Part shown: positions 48,443-58,188 of the stretch, piece after piece
Layout: each line of letters begins with the position of its first letter
Position numbering within the stretch: the first letter of the stretch is position 1
From: Sedimentisphaerales bacterium
GTDB lineage: Bacteria; Planctomycetota; Phycisphaerae; Sedimentisphaerales; SM23-30
Length of the DNA: 64,000 bases
Strand: one strand, 5' to 3'
Assembly (NCBI GenBank): GCA_963666285.1
Contig: OY762711.1
Position numbers and translations under genes: made by a program
Notes under the pieces: generated by a model
What the model was told of the DNA's origin: nothing
Databases searched by the model: none
What the model saw: only the letters and a program-made list of their open reading frames with translations

Positions 48443-50395
48443 ATGAATAAACTTCAGCCTGTTTATATTAAAAATGTTTCCATTAAAGATAGTTTCTGGT
48501 CTGGCAGGCTGGATATCAATCAGGACGTTACAATTCCTTATCAATATCAGATGTGCAGAAAAACAGGCCGGATAGATGCATTCAAGCTTGACTGGAATGG
48601 AACTGCCGCAAAAAAAACTCATATTTTCTGGGATTCTGATGTTGGGAAATGGCTGGAGGCTGTTGCTTATGTGTTAGCCTGTAAATCAGATAACCTATTA
48701 GAAAAAAAAGCTGATGCAGTAATAGATATTATTGCGGCAGCACAGCAGACAGACGGTTATCTTAATACATATTTTACTTCGGTGGAGCCGGAAAATCGAT
48801 GGACAAATTTGAGAGATAACCATGAGTTATATTGTGCAGGTCATTTGATCGAGGCAGCAGTTGCTTATTTTGAGAATACAGGCAAGGAAAAATTTTTGAA
48901 AGTTATATGCCGTTATGCCGATTATATTTGCTCTGTATTTGGTCCAGAAAAAGGCAAATTGAAAGGTTATGCCGGGCATCCGGAAATTGAATTGGCTCTG
49001 GTGAAGTTGTATAGAGTTTCAGGCTGCAAAAAGTATTTAAGCCTTGCAGTTTATTTTATCGAGCAGCGTGGCAATAAACCGGTATGGTTTGAAAAGGAAA
49101 TAGAGGCAGTACAAGATTTCACAGGTACTATCAGTGATAAGCATTATACTGCTGATTATAGTTATAATCAGGCTCATTTACCCGTTCGTTTGCAGAAAAC
49201 AGCAGAAGGTCATGCTGTTCGTGCCTGCTATTTATATTCAGCTATTGCTGATATAGCATATGAAACAGAAGATAAATCTCTTTTAACAGTATGTACAAAT
49301 ATCTGGAATGATATTGTTTCCAATAAGGTGTATGTAACCGGCGGTATTGGTTCTACTGATTATTCAGAGCGTTTTACTATTGATGGTGATTTGCCAAATT
49401 ATGAAGCTTTCAGCGAGACCTGTGCTTCAATTGCATTAGTCTTTTTTTCGCAGCGAATGTTCTACCTTACCATGGATTCCAGATATGCAGATCTTATTGA
49501 AAGGGCTCTTTATAATACAATTTGCGGTAGTGTCGGGATAGATGGAAAGTCTTTCTTTTATGCAAATGCTTTAGAGGAATGGCCTGAAAAACGTAAATAC
49601 CAGTTAAAATACCAAGGTAAAAAATATTCGCATTCTGTTCGGCAGCAGTGGTATGATACTTCCTGTTGTCCTCCTAATATAGCGCGTCTGTTTGCTTCTT
49701 TAGGAAGTTATATATACTCTAATTCCCCTTATATGTTGTTTGTAAATTTATACATATCGTCAAAAGTGACTATTAAGGTTGACGGACAGGACGTAACCTT
49801 GAACCTGAAAACAAAATATCCATATGATGGCAGGGTTTCCGTTAAAGTGGAGGTTGCTGTACCTTTAAATCATACGATTGCGTTAAGGATACCAGGTTGG
49901 TGCTCCAGGGCAGAACTAAAGATAAATGGCAGGAAAATTTCGCTGAGCAAAATTGTAAAAAAGGGTTATGTTATATTAAAAAGAATGTGGGTAAATTATG
50001 ACCATATTGAATTGAATATGGATATGCCTGTTGTATTGGTGACAGCTCATCCGAAGGTAGTTCAGGCTGCAGGCAAAGCTGCAATTCAGAAAGGTCCACT
50101 TATTTATTGTCTTGAAGGTATTGATAATAGCCGGTTTCTAAATGATATTGTTATACCGGAAGGAGTTGTATTTAAAGTGGTAAAAGGTAAAATCATATCT
50201 CAAAAAACTCAATTTATCCATTTTAATGCGTATAAAAGACTATATAGTAGTGGTTCTTTGTATAGTACCTGTGATGTAAAACTGAAAAAAGTCAAGGTAA
50301 AAGCCATACCATATTATTTAAGAGCCAATCGTAGTGATTCAGAAATGCTCGTCTGGATCAATGATGGTAGAACTAAGTATAATACTAAATTGTAA
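48443..50395 (+). CDS. GH127 (beta-L-arabinofuranosidase-like) glycoside hydrolase
   Basis: FWDSDVGKWLEA, HELYCAGH, GHPEIELAL, GHAVR, ETCAS, CCPPN. Confidence 0.92.
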   Translation: MNKLQPVYIKNVSIKDSFWSGRLDINQDVTIPYQYQMCRKTGRIDAFKLDWNGTAAKKTHIFWDSDVGKWLEAVAYVLACKSDNLLEKKADAVIDIIAAAQQTDGYLNTYFTSVEPENRWTNLRDNHELYCAGHLIEAAVAYFENTGKEKFLKVICRYADYICSVFGPEKGKLKGYAGHPEIELALVKLYRVSGCKKYLSLAVYFIEQRGNKPVWFEKEIEAVQDFTGTISDKHYTADYSYNQAHLPVRLQKTAEGHAVRACYLYSAIADIAYETEDKSLLTVCTNIWNDIVSNKVYVTGGIGSTDYSERFTIDGDLPNYEAFSETCASIALVFFSQRMFYLTMDSRYADLIERALYNTICGSVGIDGKSFFYANALEEWPEKRKYQLKYQGKKYSHSVRQQWYDTSCCPPNIARLFASLGSYIYSNSPYMLFVNLYISSKVTIKVDGQDVTLNLKTKYPYDGRVSVKVEVAVPLNHTIALRIPGWCSRAELKINGRKISLSKIVKKGYVILKRMWVNYDHIELNMDMPVVLVTAHPKVVQAAGKAAIQKGPLIYCLEGIDNSRFLNDIVIPEGVVFKVVKGKIISQKTQFIHFNAYKRLYSSGSLYSTCDVKLKKVKVKAIPYYLRANRSDSEMLVWINDGRTKYNTKL

Positions 50396-50653
50396 GTTAT
50401 ATTAAAATTGTGAAGTTTTGAGAAGAAGGTTGGAATATTGTTTTGATTTTTTGGGGATATCCAACGCGTAATATTTAAGGATTGTATCTAGCAGTTTGCG
50501 GAAGAGGAACGTTCGGCATGTCTGATGGTGCGATTAATAGTAGATAATTGTAAGTGCATAAAATGATTTTCCGGCATGCCCTGGAAGAGGCGAATGGAGA
50601 ATCAATGCGGACCTGTATCTTTCAACCGTTACCCATGTCCTGATCGAACCGGT

Positions 50654-50699
50654 TTAAAACTCTCACTTCTCGCTTCTTTCTTCTTACTCTTCTCATCCT
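50654..50699 (-). repeat. Purine-rich repeat, second copy (no intron)
   Basis: Reverse complement AGGATGAGAAGAGTAAGAAGAAAGAAGCGAGAAGTGAGAGTTT matches 14208-14250 with 2 mismatches. Confidence 0.85.
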
Positions 50700-50700
50700 T

Positions 50701-50914
50701 CAGGTGCCGTTTCACGGCACCTGTCTGGTCCGCCCAAAACCCAAAAATAACAACTTACGTAAATATCCGCAAAATCCCCTCCCCACCCGCACACTTCTCC
50801 AAACCCTCCTCGCACTCATTCTTATATCCCCGCACCCTTCAATTCCATTCCGTTTTTTAACCTCTCCTTCACCCATGGGAACGCTGAGCTGAATGAGATC
50901 CGCCTCAGGCGGAG
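50701..50914. repeat. REP-like palindromes in a C-rich patch
   Basis: CAGGTGCCGT-TTC-ACGGCACCTG (50701-50723) and TCCGCC-TCA-GGCGGA near 50899-50913. Confidence 0.55.
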
Positions 50915-50923
50915 CTTGGTACA

Positions 50924-51166
50924 TTATTTAAACAGGTCGCGTAGCGACACCTTTTTGACAATGAACAATACTGATTTCCAGTTATCCCAGATGCGGGATA
51001 ACCATACCCAGAATAGACGATCTGTATTTTTTATTTTAGGGCGTTTGACACTTCGCTGTAATATTATTATTTGCTGACGAAGAGCAATATTTTCAAGGAT
51101 TAGAGTTTGTTTACTTCTTACGGTAAGAAATAGTATTGTGTAAATTATTTTGTATAGTATTTTCAA
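50924..51166 (-). pseudogene. N-terminal fragment of an rve (integrase-core) transposase
   Basis: LILENIALRQQIIILQR...DRLFWVWLSRIW...IVK, truncated before the catalytic domain. Confidence 0.72.
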
Positions 51167-51338
51167 GTTGTATTCTCAATGTGGCAGCATTAAAATTGTA
51201 TTTTGTTGTTAAAATGATGATTTTACATTTCTGTTACAACTTGAGACATTGTATCATATTATGCCATATAATGTCAGTATATATTGTTTTATATAAGTGT
51301 TTGATAAACATTGCATTAGAGATAGAGTTTTAAGTCAT

Positions 51339-53105
51339 ATGCCTTCAAATAATAAAAATACCAAAGCAGGAATTAAAAAATTAACAGATGTACAATCCTT
51401 TGAGCGAGGGGAAGATTATTATGCTCGTGGCCTTGTGAAATCACTTATCATTGACGATGATGAGATAGTAGCAAAAGTGAGTGGGACTGCTAAATATAAG
51501 GTCGTACTGAAATTATCTGAAAAAGATATCGAAGCTGACTGTAATTGCCCAATGGGTAATGGCGGGTATTTTTGCAAACATTGTGTTGCAACTGCTCTTG
51601 CGTATATTTATGGTCAGACCATTGAGATGAAAACTAATAAAAAAGCAAAGAAAAAAGCTAAGACAACTCAAATTACTGTGAGTGATATCAGGAAATATTT
51701 CAACCGCAAAGAAAAGAAAGAACTGGTTGATTTGTTAATTGAGCAAGTAAAGGATAATGACCGTTTTAAAAGTAAGCTGACATTAGAATTGGCAATGGAA
51801 AGTGAAGATGAGGTAGCAGTAGCTACTCTGTATAAGATGGTTGACAAAGTATGTGATTCTTATGAAGATTATGATATTGAATTTGGATATAACTATCAGG
51901 ATACGGTTGATTGTGGGGATCAGGCTGATGAAGTAGTTAACGCTATAGAAAATCTGCTTAAAAAAGGATTGTGTATTGAGGTAATGGATTTAGCGGAATA
52001 TACTATTGAAAAGTTTGAGGCTGTCATAGCATTTACAAATGATTATGATAGCGGTTTGTATGATTGCATTGAAGATATTGCTGAGATGCATTTCGAGGCG
52101 TGTAAAAATGCTAAACTTGATTCAAAGGAGTTAGCTGAAAGACTATTTCGATTAAGCCTTCAGGAAGGTGATAGCTTTTATGGAGTGTATAAAACGTATT
52201 CGCCGACTCTTGGAGAAAAAGGAAAACAATTCTTTCGAGAATTATTATTGGAACAATACAACAGGCTGCCTTCGCTGGGAAAAGGGAAAAAACAACCATA
52301 CAATCATACTCGTAATCTAATTATCTCAATGATGGAAGATATTGCAAAGGAAAATGGCGATCTTGAGATGCTTGTTGAGATTAAAAGTAAAAACCTGGTA
52401 GATTCACGGGATTATTTGAGAATCGCTGAGTTATATAAAGAGTATAAACAGCGGGATAAAGCTTTGGAATGGGCAGAGAAGGCTGTAAAAGTTTTTGGGA
52501 AGAAAGAGCGTTACGGACAATTAGCTGAATTTCTTGCATCTGAATATAGTTTTAAGAAACAGAATGATAAAGCCATGGAAATTGTCTGGCAGGAATTTGT
52601 ACGGAATGTTGATTTAGGTTCATATAAGGACTTGAAAAAATATGCGGATAAGTGTAAGCAATGGAAAGTCTGGAAAGAAAGAGCGATAAGTTATATTGAA
52701 GAGGAAATAGCGAAGCAAAAGCAACAGAGAAAAGGCCAATGGGGTTATTCAAGGAATTCTGATCATTCAATATTGGTACAAATATATTTGTGGGAAAAGG
52801 CTCCGCAAAAAGCCTGGTCTGAAGCGAAGGCCGGTGGGTGTTCAACTGATTTATGGCTAAAACTTGCAAAACACAGAGAACAGAAATATCCAGAAGATTC
52901 TGTGCAGATTTATCAAAAGGCAGTTGAAATGTTTGTGGGGCAAACTAATAATGATGCTTATAAAGAAGCAGTTAGTTACGTCAAAATTATTAAAAAACTG
53001 ATGGCGGCAATGAAACAAAAAGACTCTTTTGACCAGTATATTGCTCAACTTAAGACTACTCATAAACGCAAGCGTAATTTTATCAAATTGATTGAAAAGT
53101 ATTGA
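51339..53105 (+). CDS. SWIM zinc-finger protein with helical/TPR-like C-terminus
   Basis: SFERGEDYY, CNCP...FCKHCVA, C-terminal HKRKRNFI. Confidence 0.88.
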   Translation: MPSNNKNTKAGIKKLTDVQSFERGEDYYARGLVKSLIIDDDEIVAKVSGTAKYKVVLKLSEKDIEADCNCPMGNGGYFCKHCVATALAYIYGQTIEMKTNKKAKKKAKTTQITVSDIRKYFNRKEKKELVDLLIEQVKDNDRFKSKLTLELAMESEDEVAVATLYKMVDKVCDSYEDYDIEFGYNYQDTVDCGDQADEVVNAIENLLKKGLCIEVMDLAEYTIEKFEAVIAFTNDYDSGLYDCIEDIAEMHFEACKNAKLDSKELAERLFRLSLQEGDSFYGVYKTYSPTLGEKGKQFFRELLLEQYNRLPSLGKGKKQPYNHTRNLIISMMEDIAKENGDLEMLVEIKSKNLVDSRDYLRIAELYKEYKQRDKALEWAEKAVKVFGKKERYGQLAEFLASEYSFKKQNDKAMEIVWQEFVRNVDLGSYKDLKKYADKCKQWKVWKERAISYIEEEIAKQKQQRKGQWGYSRNSDHSILVQIYLWEKAPQKAWSEAKAGGCSTDLWLKLAKHREQKYPEDSVQIYQKAVEMFVGQTNNDAYKEAVSYVKIIKKLMAAMKQKDSFDQYIAQLKTTHKRKRNFIKLIEKY

Positions 53106-53159
53106 AAATACACAGTAGTCTATAAACAAATTGCACTGTATGGCTTTGTGTCAATTATA

Positions 53160-53375
53160 TCAATCATCTTCCATGAGCTCCCATAGTTCATTTTGGTGCA
53201 AGAATATAGGATCGGCATTTTCTCGAATATAATCATCGATGGGCACACCATCGATAGTTGGCGACTTTTTGATGCGTTTTTGTTTGCCGTTTATGAAAAT
53301 AGTTTCATACTGCTGACTTTTGGCTTTACGGGCTGCTTTTTCTTTTGCGGTTAATTTACGTTTCTTTTTTGGCAT
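53160..53375 (-). CDS. Small basic hypothetical protein
   Basis: MPKKKRKL...FINGKQKRI...DPIFLHQNELWE, directly downstream of the AbiEii frame. Confidence 0.65.
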   Translation of the reverse strand: MPKKKRKLTAKEKAARKAKSQQYETIFINGKQKRIKKSPTIDGVPIDDYIRENADPIFLHQNELWELMEDD

Positions 53376-53380
53376 GAATA

Positions 53381-54346
53381 TTACTGCCTGTTTTTGTGTT
53401 GTTGGACATTGACCGCTTTCCATTGCAGTAGTGGATGGGCAGCTATTCGCTCGATCATGCCAGTGTCTCTAGTTAATAGTTCCGGTTTAATTTCACCATT
53501 GTCCAGAATTTCGTCAAGAAAATCGATTTCGTTTTCTCGAAGTGGCAAAATAATATCCATGGATTTTTTACATTCCAGAATCATTTTCTCTGCCCAGCCG
53601 GCAGACATTTCAGCTTCAATAAACTGCTTGCGAACCACTGGTAGAAGCAGGTTTTCCAATTCGAGTTTATCAAAACCAATATCATTGACACTTATGGTTC
53701 GCTAGTCTTTGCGGTTCATTGCACCGTATAACACAAAACCAAAGCGAAGCTTTTCGTAGTCAAGTTTGATTTTTGTCAGCAAATGGTGTGCATCAAACAA
53801 ATCACGGCTGGTATGGCGGGAGAGCAGGGCAGCTAGTTTTCCGGCGGCTAGTTCGTGAATGTCAAGTACGGGAATCTGCTTGGCCGAGTAGCTGCCGACT
53901 GTTGCGTCCATTTTTATGACCGGCCAAAGAGGGACGCGAAACATGAAGTTTAAATCCACTTCAAGGTTACTACCTTCCCCGATGGAACTTTCATAGCGTA
54001 GTCGCCATTTTCCGCCAGCGTGGTCGTCCGGTGTGCGTACAATATTCAATCCTTCCCGTGAACAAACTGCTTGAATGGCCAGTTCAACTTTTGGACGCTC
54101 ATCCATCATAGTCTGGCGATCTGCCGCGCCAATATAGTTCAGATCTATATCTACCGACAGTCGGGGCAGGTCAAACAGAAACAGATTCAATGCTGTTCCG
54201 CCTTTGAGTACCATCCTGCTTTTTAGAAAAGGATGGCGGTTGAATCCGTCAAGCAGATTCAGGAGTTGGATTACTTTTTCCAGAACTTCCGGGCGAAATC
54301 CGGTCTCATGTGCTTCAGCAAGTAGCCGTTTGTGTGAAATTTTCAT
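53381..54346 (-). pseudogene. abiEii: AbiEii-family nucleotidyltransferase toxin with one in-frame stop
   Basis: LKGGTALNL...RLSVDIDL and KLAALLSR...RDLFD; TAG at 53704-53702, after which the same frame continues to 53381. Confidence 0.88.
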
Positions 54347-55134
54347 ATTACAGTTTCCCATGACCGATCGGCAAGCCACTGTGGTATGACTATATTCCAA
54401 TCTCGGATTACGCTACCACTGCCTCCACGTTCCAGATAAAATGCCTGTTTGGGACGAAGTTTGCTAAGCTCGGCCAGGTGTGAATCATCAACCATCAATT
54501 CTTTCTTATGCTGCTGAAGGTAGAAACCGACCTTAGCAGCTGTCGTTTTCTTACCGAGTATATGTACATATTCTATTATGGTATCCAGATCGAAGTATTC
54601 TACCGATTCAAGCGAGCGATATATTTCCTCCCAACCGCCGCCAAGGTTTGGGCGGTCAAGCAGGTCAACCAGTGTTCGTTCGAGTGTGGTTACTCGTATA
54701 TTCAGCCCATTACGCTCTACTGTTGTGGTGGCAAAATAGGGCTGGTTTGCTTCAACCAATGCTTTGGATGTGGATGTGCATTCATAGCGACAGCTATCCA
54801 ATTCAAACGGGTGAAACGCCCGGACACTGCCATAGGTGTATTTCTGGAAGGTAGAGTAAGCTTTGCCGAAAAGCTCAAGAGCTGTGTGAAATGATAGATA
54901 AGCATCATTTGCCAGTTTGGAAGCCAGCTGGTAAGGATCGGCTTGGAAATGTTCTGGTGCGATCCCATCTGGCACAACGGCGTATATACCTTTACGGATA
55001 AGGTGGAGTCGTCCCTGTTTGCAGTATTGTGCCAATGAGCTTTTCCGTGTCCACGGACTTGTGTCTTTTTTGTATTCATCAAACTCATCGCGTCTGAATA
55101 CGGGATTGTTCGCAAAGAAGTTTTTTATGTTCAT
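54343..55134 (-). CDS. abiEi: AbiEi-family antitoxin / transcriptional regulator
   Basis: IRKGIY, YLSFHTALE, VTTLERTLVD...GGWEE; its stop overlaps the toxin start (ATGA). Confidence 0.9.
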   Translation of the reverse strand: MNIKNFFANNPVFRRDEFDEYKKDTSPWTRKSSLAQYCKQGRLHLIRKGIYAVVPDGIAPEHFQADPYQLASKLANDAYLSFHTALELFGKAYSTFQKYTYGSVRAFHPFELDSCRYECTSTSKALVEANQPYFATTTVERNGLNIRVTTLERTLVDLLDRPNLGGGWEEIYRSLESVEYFDLDTIIEYVHILGKKTTAAKVGFYLQQHKKELMVDDSHLAELSKLRPKQAFYLERGGSGSVIRDWNIVIPQWLADRSWETVI

Positions 55135-55146
55135 CGCAGTAACTCC

Positions 55147-55279
55147 GTTTACAATTTAGTCATATAAGGTTACTGAATATAGCCTTTTGTGAGAATTATG
55201 TCAATCATTATAAGTGTAGTTTACAATTCTGTCGATTAGGGTGTGTTTATGTAGCCTTTATAGATGGAATTGTAAACTA
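55147..55279 (-). promoter_or_regulatory. Repeats upstream of abiEi (probable autoregulatory sites)
   Basis: GTTTACAATT at 55147 and 55219; inverted GAATTGTAAACTA at 55267-55279. Confidence 0.6.
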
Positions 55280-56494
55280 GTGTTTTGTCAATTTATAAAT
55301 TTGGGATAGAGTGTTTTTAGTTTAGTTCTGGCATTTTCAACCGTGAATTGCCAATCTACGTCTCTTTGGTTTTGGTTGCATGAAGTTGCCCAAGCATGAG
55401 TTTCTTCTATAAGTGAATCTATATCAGCAATTAGTCTGCCAGTTATACATTGTCTGGTTAGTGAACTTAGTTCACATTCAGCGATATTTAACCAACTGCC
55501 ATGTTTCGGGGTATAATGAAACTCCAATCGTTCAATCAAAGCTCTGGCTTCCTTTGGAGCAAACACTTCATAAAAGGCTCCTTTTGTATGAGTATTAAAA
55601 TTGTCACAAACTAAAATAACTTTTTCTGCTTCACTATAAATCTTTTTACTTCTAATGCCCAGTCTGCTTTTGTACGGCAGGGCAAAGCACTTACATTACG
55701 CCAGGCAGCTAAGGGTTCAGCAAACATAAATATACATGCCGTTCCTGCTCGCTCATATTCATAATCTACCCTGCGAGGATGATTTATTCTTGCAGGTATA
55801 GTCTTCCTGGTTTCCTTGAGCAACTGAACCGGCTGTTCATCCATACATAATACCGGATATGCAGGATTGTATGATCGAGAATATATTTCGAGTACATCTT
55901 CCATGCATGCCACAAATTCGGCATTAGATTCAGGAGGAATAACCCAATATTGGATTTTTTGTTTGGTCATTCCATTTTTTTTAAGGTAGTGCGAATAGTC
56001 TCGTGACTTATTGAATCCACTATTTCTAATTCCACTACTTTTTCTGCCAACAAACGCAAAGTCCAGTGAGCATAACCTTTAGGTGGATCACTTAAACGCA
56101 AAGCTATAATCTCTGCTTCTTGTTTGCCGTCTAAAACCTTGGCTCTCGGTGGTTTAGCTTGTGGCTTACGATTCAGACAAGCCTCGAAACCTTCAGTTAC
56201 AAACTTCTGTCTGACATTCTCCACTGTCTGAGTTCTACACATAAAAGCTTCCGCTATCTGCAGGTCTTTCCAGTTTGGACCGTTAACGTCAGCTTTTAAT
56301 AAAATATTAGCTCTACGGACTTTTTGGGAAGAACCACTGAGTTTTTTTACTATCGAAAAAAGTATATCTCGTTCTTCATCCGTAAGACAAACTATGTACT
56401 TCTTTTCCATGATAAATTCTCCATAATATGGTTAATAGTATAGAAAATTTATCGGATTATTACTATCCTAAACTATAATTTTGACTAAACGCTA
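55278..56494 (-). mobile_element. Degenerate IS630-family element
   Basis: Ends CTAGTGTTTTGTCAA and reverse complement CTAGCGTTTAGTCAA with CTAG/TA at both sides; orfA 55967-56410 (HTH, HWTLRLLA) ends at an A8 slippery run; orfB is split into 55611-55970 (CMDE, YEYERAG) and 55288-55566 (YTPKHGSWLNIAE). Confidence 0.88.
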
Positions 56495-56495
56495 G

Positions 56496-56701
56496 TATGT
56501 TTTCGGCAGCAAACAATGCGAAGATAGCATTTATTGTACTATTTGATAATTCAGGCCAAACCTCTATTACCTGATTAAGCTCAGGATATTTTTGACATAT
56601 TTCAGCATAAGGTAGCGTATTTTCTGCAGAACTGATGTCGGAACTAGTTTGAGGGCTATTATAAGTGCTTGTTAGTAAAGTGTTTGCGTTGTATATTGTT
56701 T
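56496..56701 (-). pseudogene. Start-less reading frame running out of the att fragment (possible integrase C-terminal tail)
   Basis: Open frame ...ICQKYPELNQVIEVWPELSNSTINAIFALF..., continuous with the antisense frame of the tRNA fragment. Confidence 0.5.
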
Positions 56702-56757
56702 GGTCTTGAAAACCGTTGAGGGTAACACCTCCGGGGTTTCGAATCCCTCTCTCTCCG
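56702..56757 (+). other. 3' half of tRNA-Ser(TGA): probable att-site duplication
   Basis: GGTCTTGAAAACCG anticodon arm, long variable arm GAGG-GTAACA-CCTC, TTCGAATCCC T-loop, acceptor 3' strand CTCTCCG; no D-arm or 5' acceptor strand upstream. Confidence 0.85.
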
Positions 56758-57250
56758 TTATTATAATTCCTTATTGCTTAATTGGTTATAAGAAATTGTT
56801 TTAAATATACGATACTTTATTTCTATAAACATATCGTTTTTAGCTCAAAAATGCGTCCTATAACCGATGTAATTTCTACTTAATCGCTTGTGAAACTTAA
56901 GCTTATGGAAAAATATTTGTTTGTAGGCGTAAATTGGTAACCTATCATTCTATATTTCATTTTAGTTAGAATAAAGCCTATGGTGAAACGAATTGTCATG
57001 CCTTATGCATTTTGATGGTACAAGGAATTTGGTTTTTTAATATCGCTTTATAGTAGCTATGCTGAATTGGTTTATATGGGGATAGGGCTGTCTTATTTTC
57101 AATAATCTGTTACAGGAACATACAGATCAACCGTAAAATCTTCAATTGACCGTTGATCTTTGCCTAGGATATCTACTACTTGTAGCTGCCCGGCAGGAAT
57201 TCTCCTATGTTTCATAATTATATGTACTATTAATTGGATACTAATACTTT

Positions 57251-58090
57251 TCATGGTTGCCAGCCCAGATTTCCCCACGTAGCACGCTGGAAATACTTTA
57301 GGTCTTCGCTGGGCATGTCAACTTGCGGCATTTTGTATGCTCCATCAGCGACGGCATATGCTTCTTTAATTGCCTTGTAAGTTTCCATTGAAAATTTATA
57401 AGGATCAACATGACCGTCAGCAAAACCGTTTAAGGCAGACTGGCTGTGTTTGTAACTGGGGATATTCCACCATTGCGATTTACCATACCAGAGAGCAAAG
57501 TAAGCATCTTTGTTTTTGCCAATACCATCTACAAATAAAAATCTTTCTGACGGCCTTTTTATACTGTCAATTTTGTTGAAGACCTTTCCAGTTGTTGAGG
57601 TGTCATAATTAACTGACTTGTCAGATTGGGTGAATTTGCTTTGCCATTGAGCGGCCATGCCGTAGCTTCTAACCTGTAATTTATCAGGGTCAGCAGGGCA
57701 GCGCCAGCAGTCTGTGCTTTCAATGTATTTCCAGAGCTGTCCTTTAACCAGTCCGGTGTATGTGTCAGTTGAATTTCCGTAATTTTGCACTTGCGGATCC
57801 AGGGTGTTTTCTCCGTTAGCGTCATAAGTGTAGCCGCACCAACCCGGCTTGGTGACAGATCCATCTACCCAGGTGTTAGATGCATAAGGCGTATTTCCCT
57901 GGTTGTCGCCGCAATAATAGATAGTTGCCATTGCCAGGCTGCGTAAATTTGAGGAGCAAACAGTTTTTTTTGCCTGATCTCTGGCTTTATTTAGTGCAGG
58001 CATCAGGATTGATACCAGTAGTGCAATAATAGAAATAACAACCAGTAATTCGATCAGTGTAAAAGCCTTTGATTTAAATGTACATTTCAT
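57251..58090 (-). CDS. Prepilin-type N-methylation protein (DUF1559-like)
   Basis: AFTLIELLVVISIIALLVSILMPAL; WRCPAD; HSQSALNGFADGHV (H-x9-DG). Confidence 0.9.
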   Translation of the reverse strand: MKCTFKSKAFTLIELLVVISIIALLVSILMPALNKARDQAKKTVCSSNLRSLAMATIYYCGDNQGNTPYASNTWVDGSVTKPGWCGYTYDANGENTLDPQVQNYGNSTDTYTGLVKGQLWKYIESTDCWRCPADPDKLQVRSYGMAAQWQSKFTQSDKSVNYDTSTTGKVFNKIDSIKRPSERFLFVDGIGKNKDAYFALWYGKSQWWNIPSYKHSQSALNGFADGHVDPYKFSMETYKAIKEAYAVADGAYKMPQVDMPSEDLKYFQRATWGNLGWQP

Positions 58091-58188
58091 GTTTAGTCTC
58101 CTTTTTCATACTATTTTAGAATGAATGTTTATAATTATGTTAATTATTAAATTTTCTGTATTATCAGTTATTACATAATGAATACTGC

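Noticed and set aside
50576..50924. Short ORFs of 62-94 aa
   Set aside because: Low-complexity repeat and palindrome region with no protein motifs.
56702..56757. Functional tRNA-Ser
   Set aside because: No 5' acceptor strand or D-arm, and the T-stem is mispaired; treated as an att fragment.
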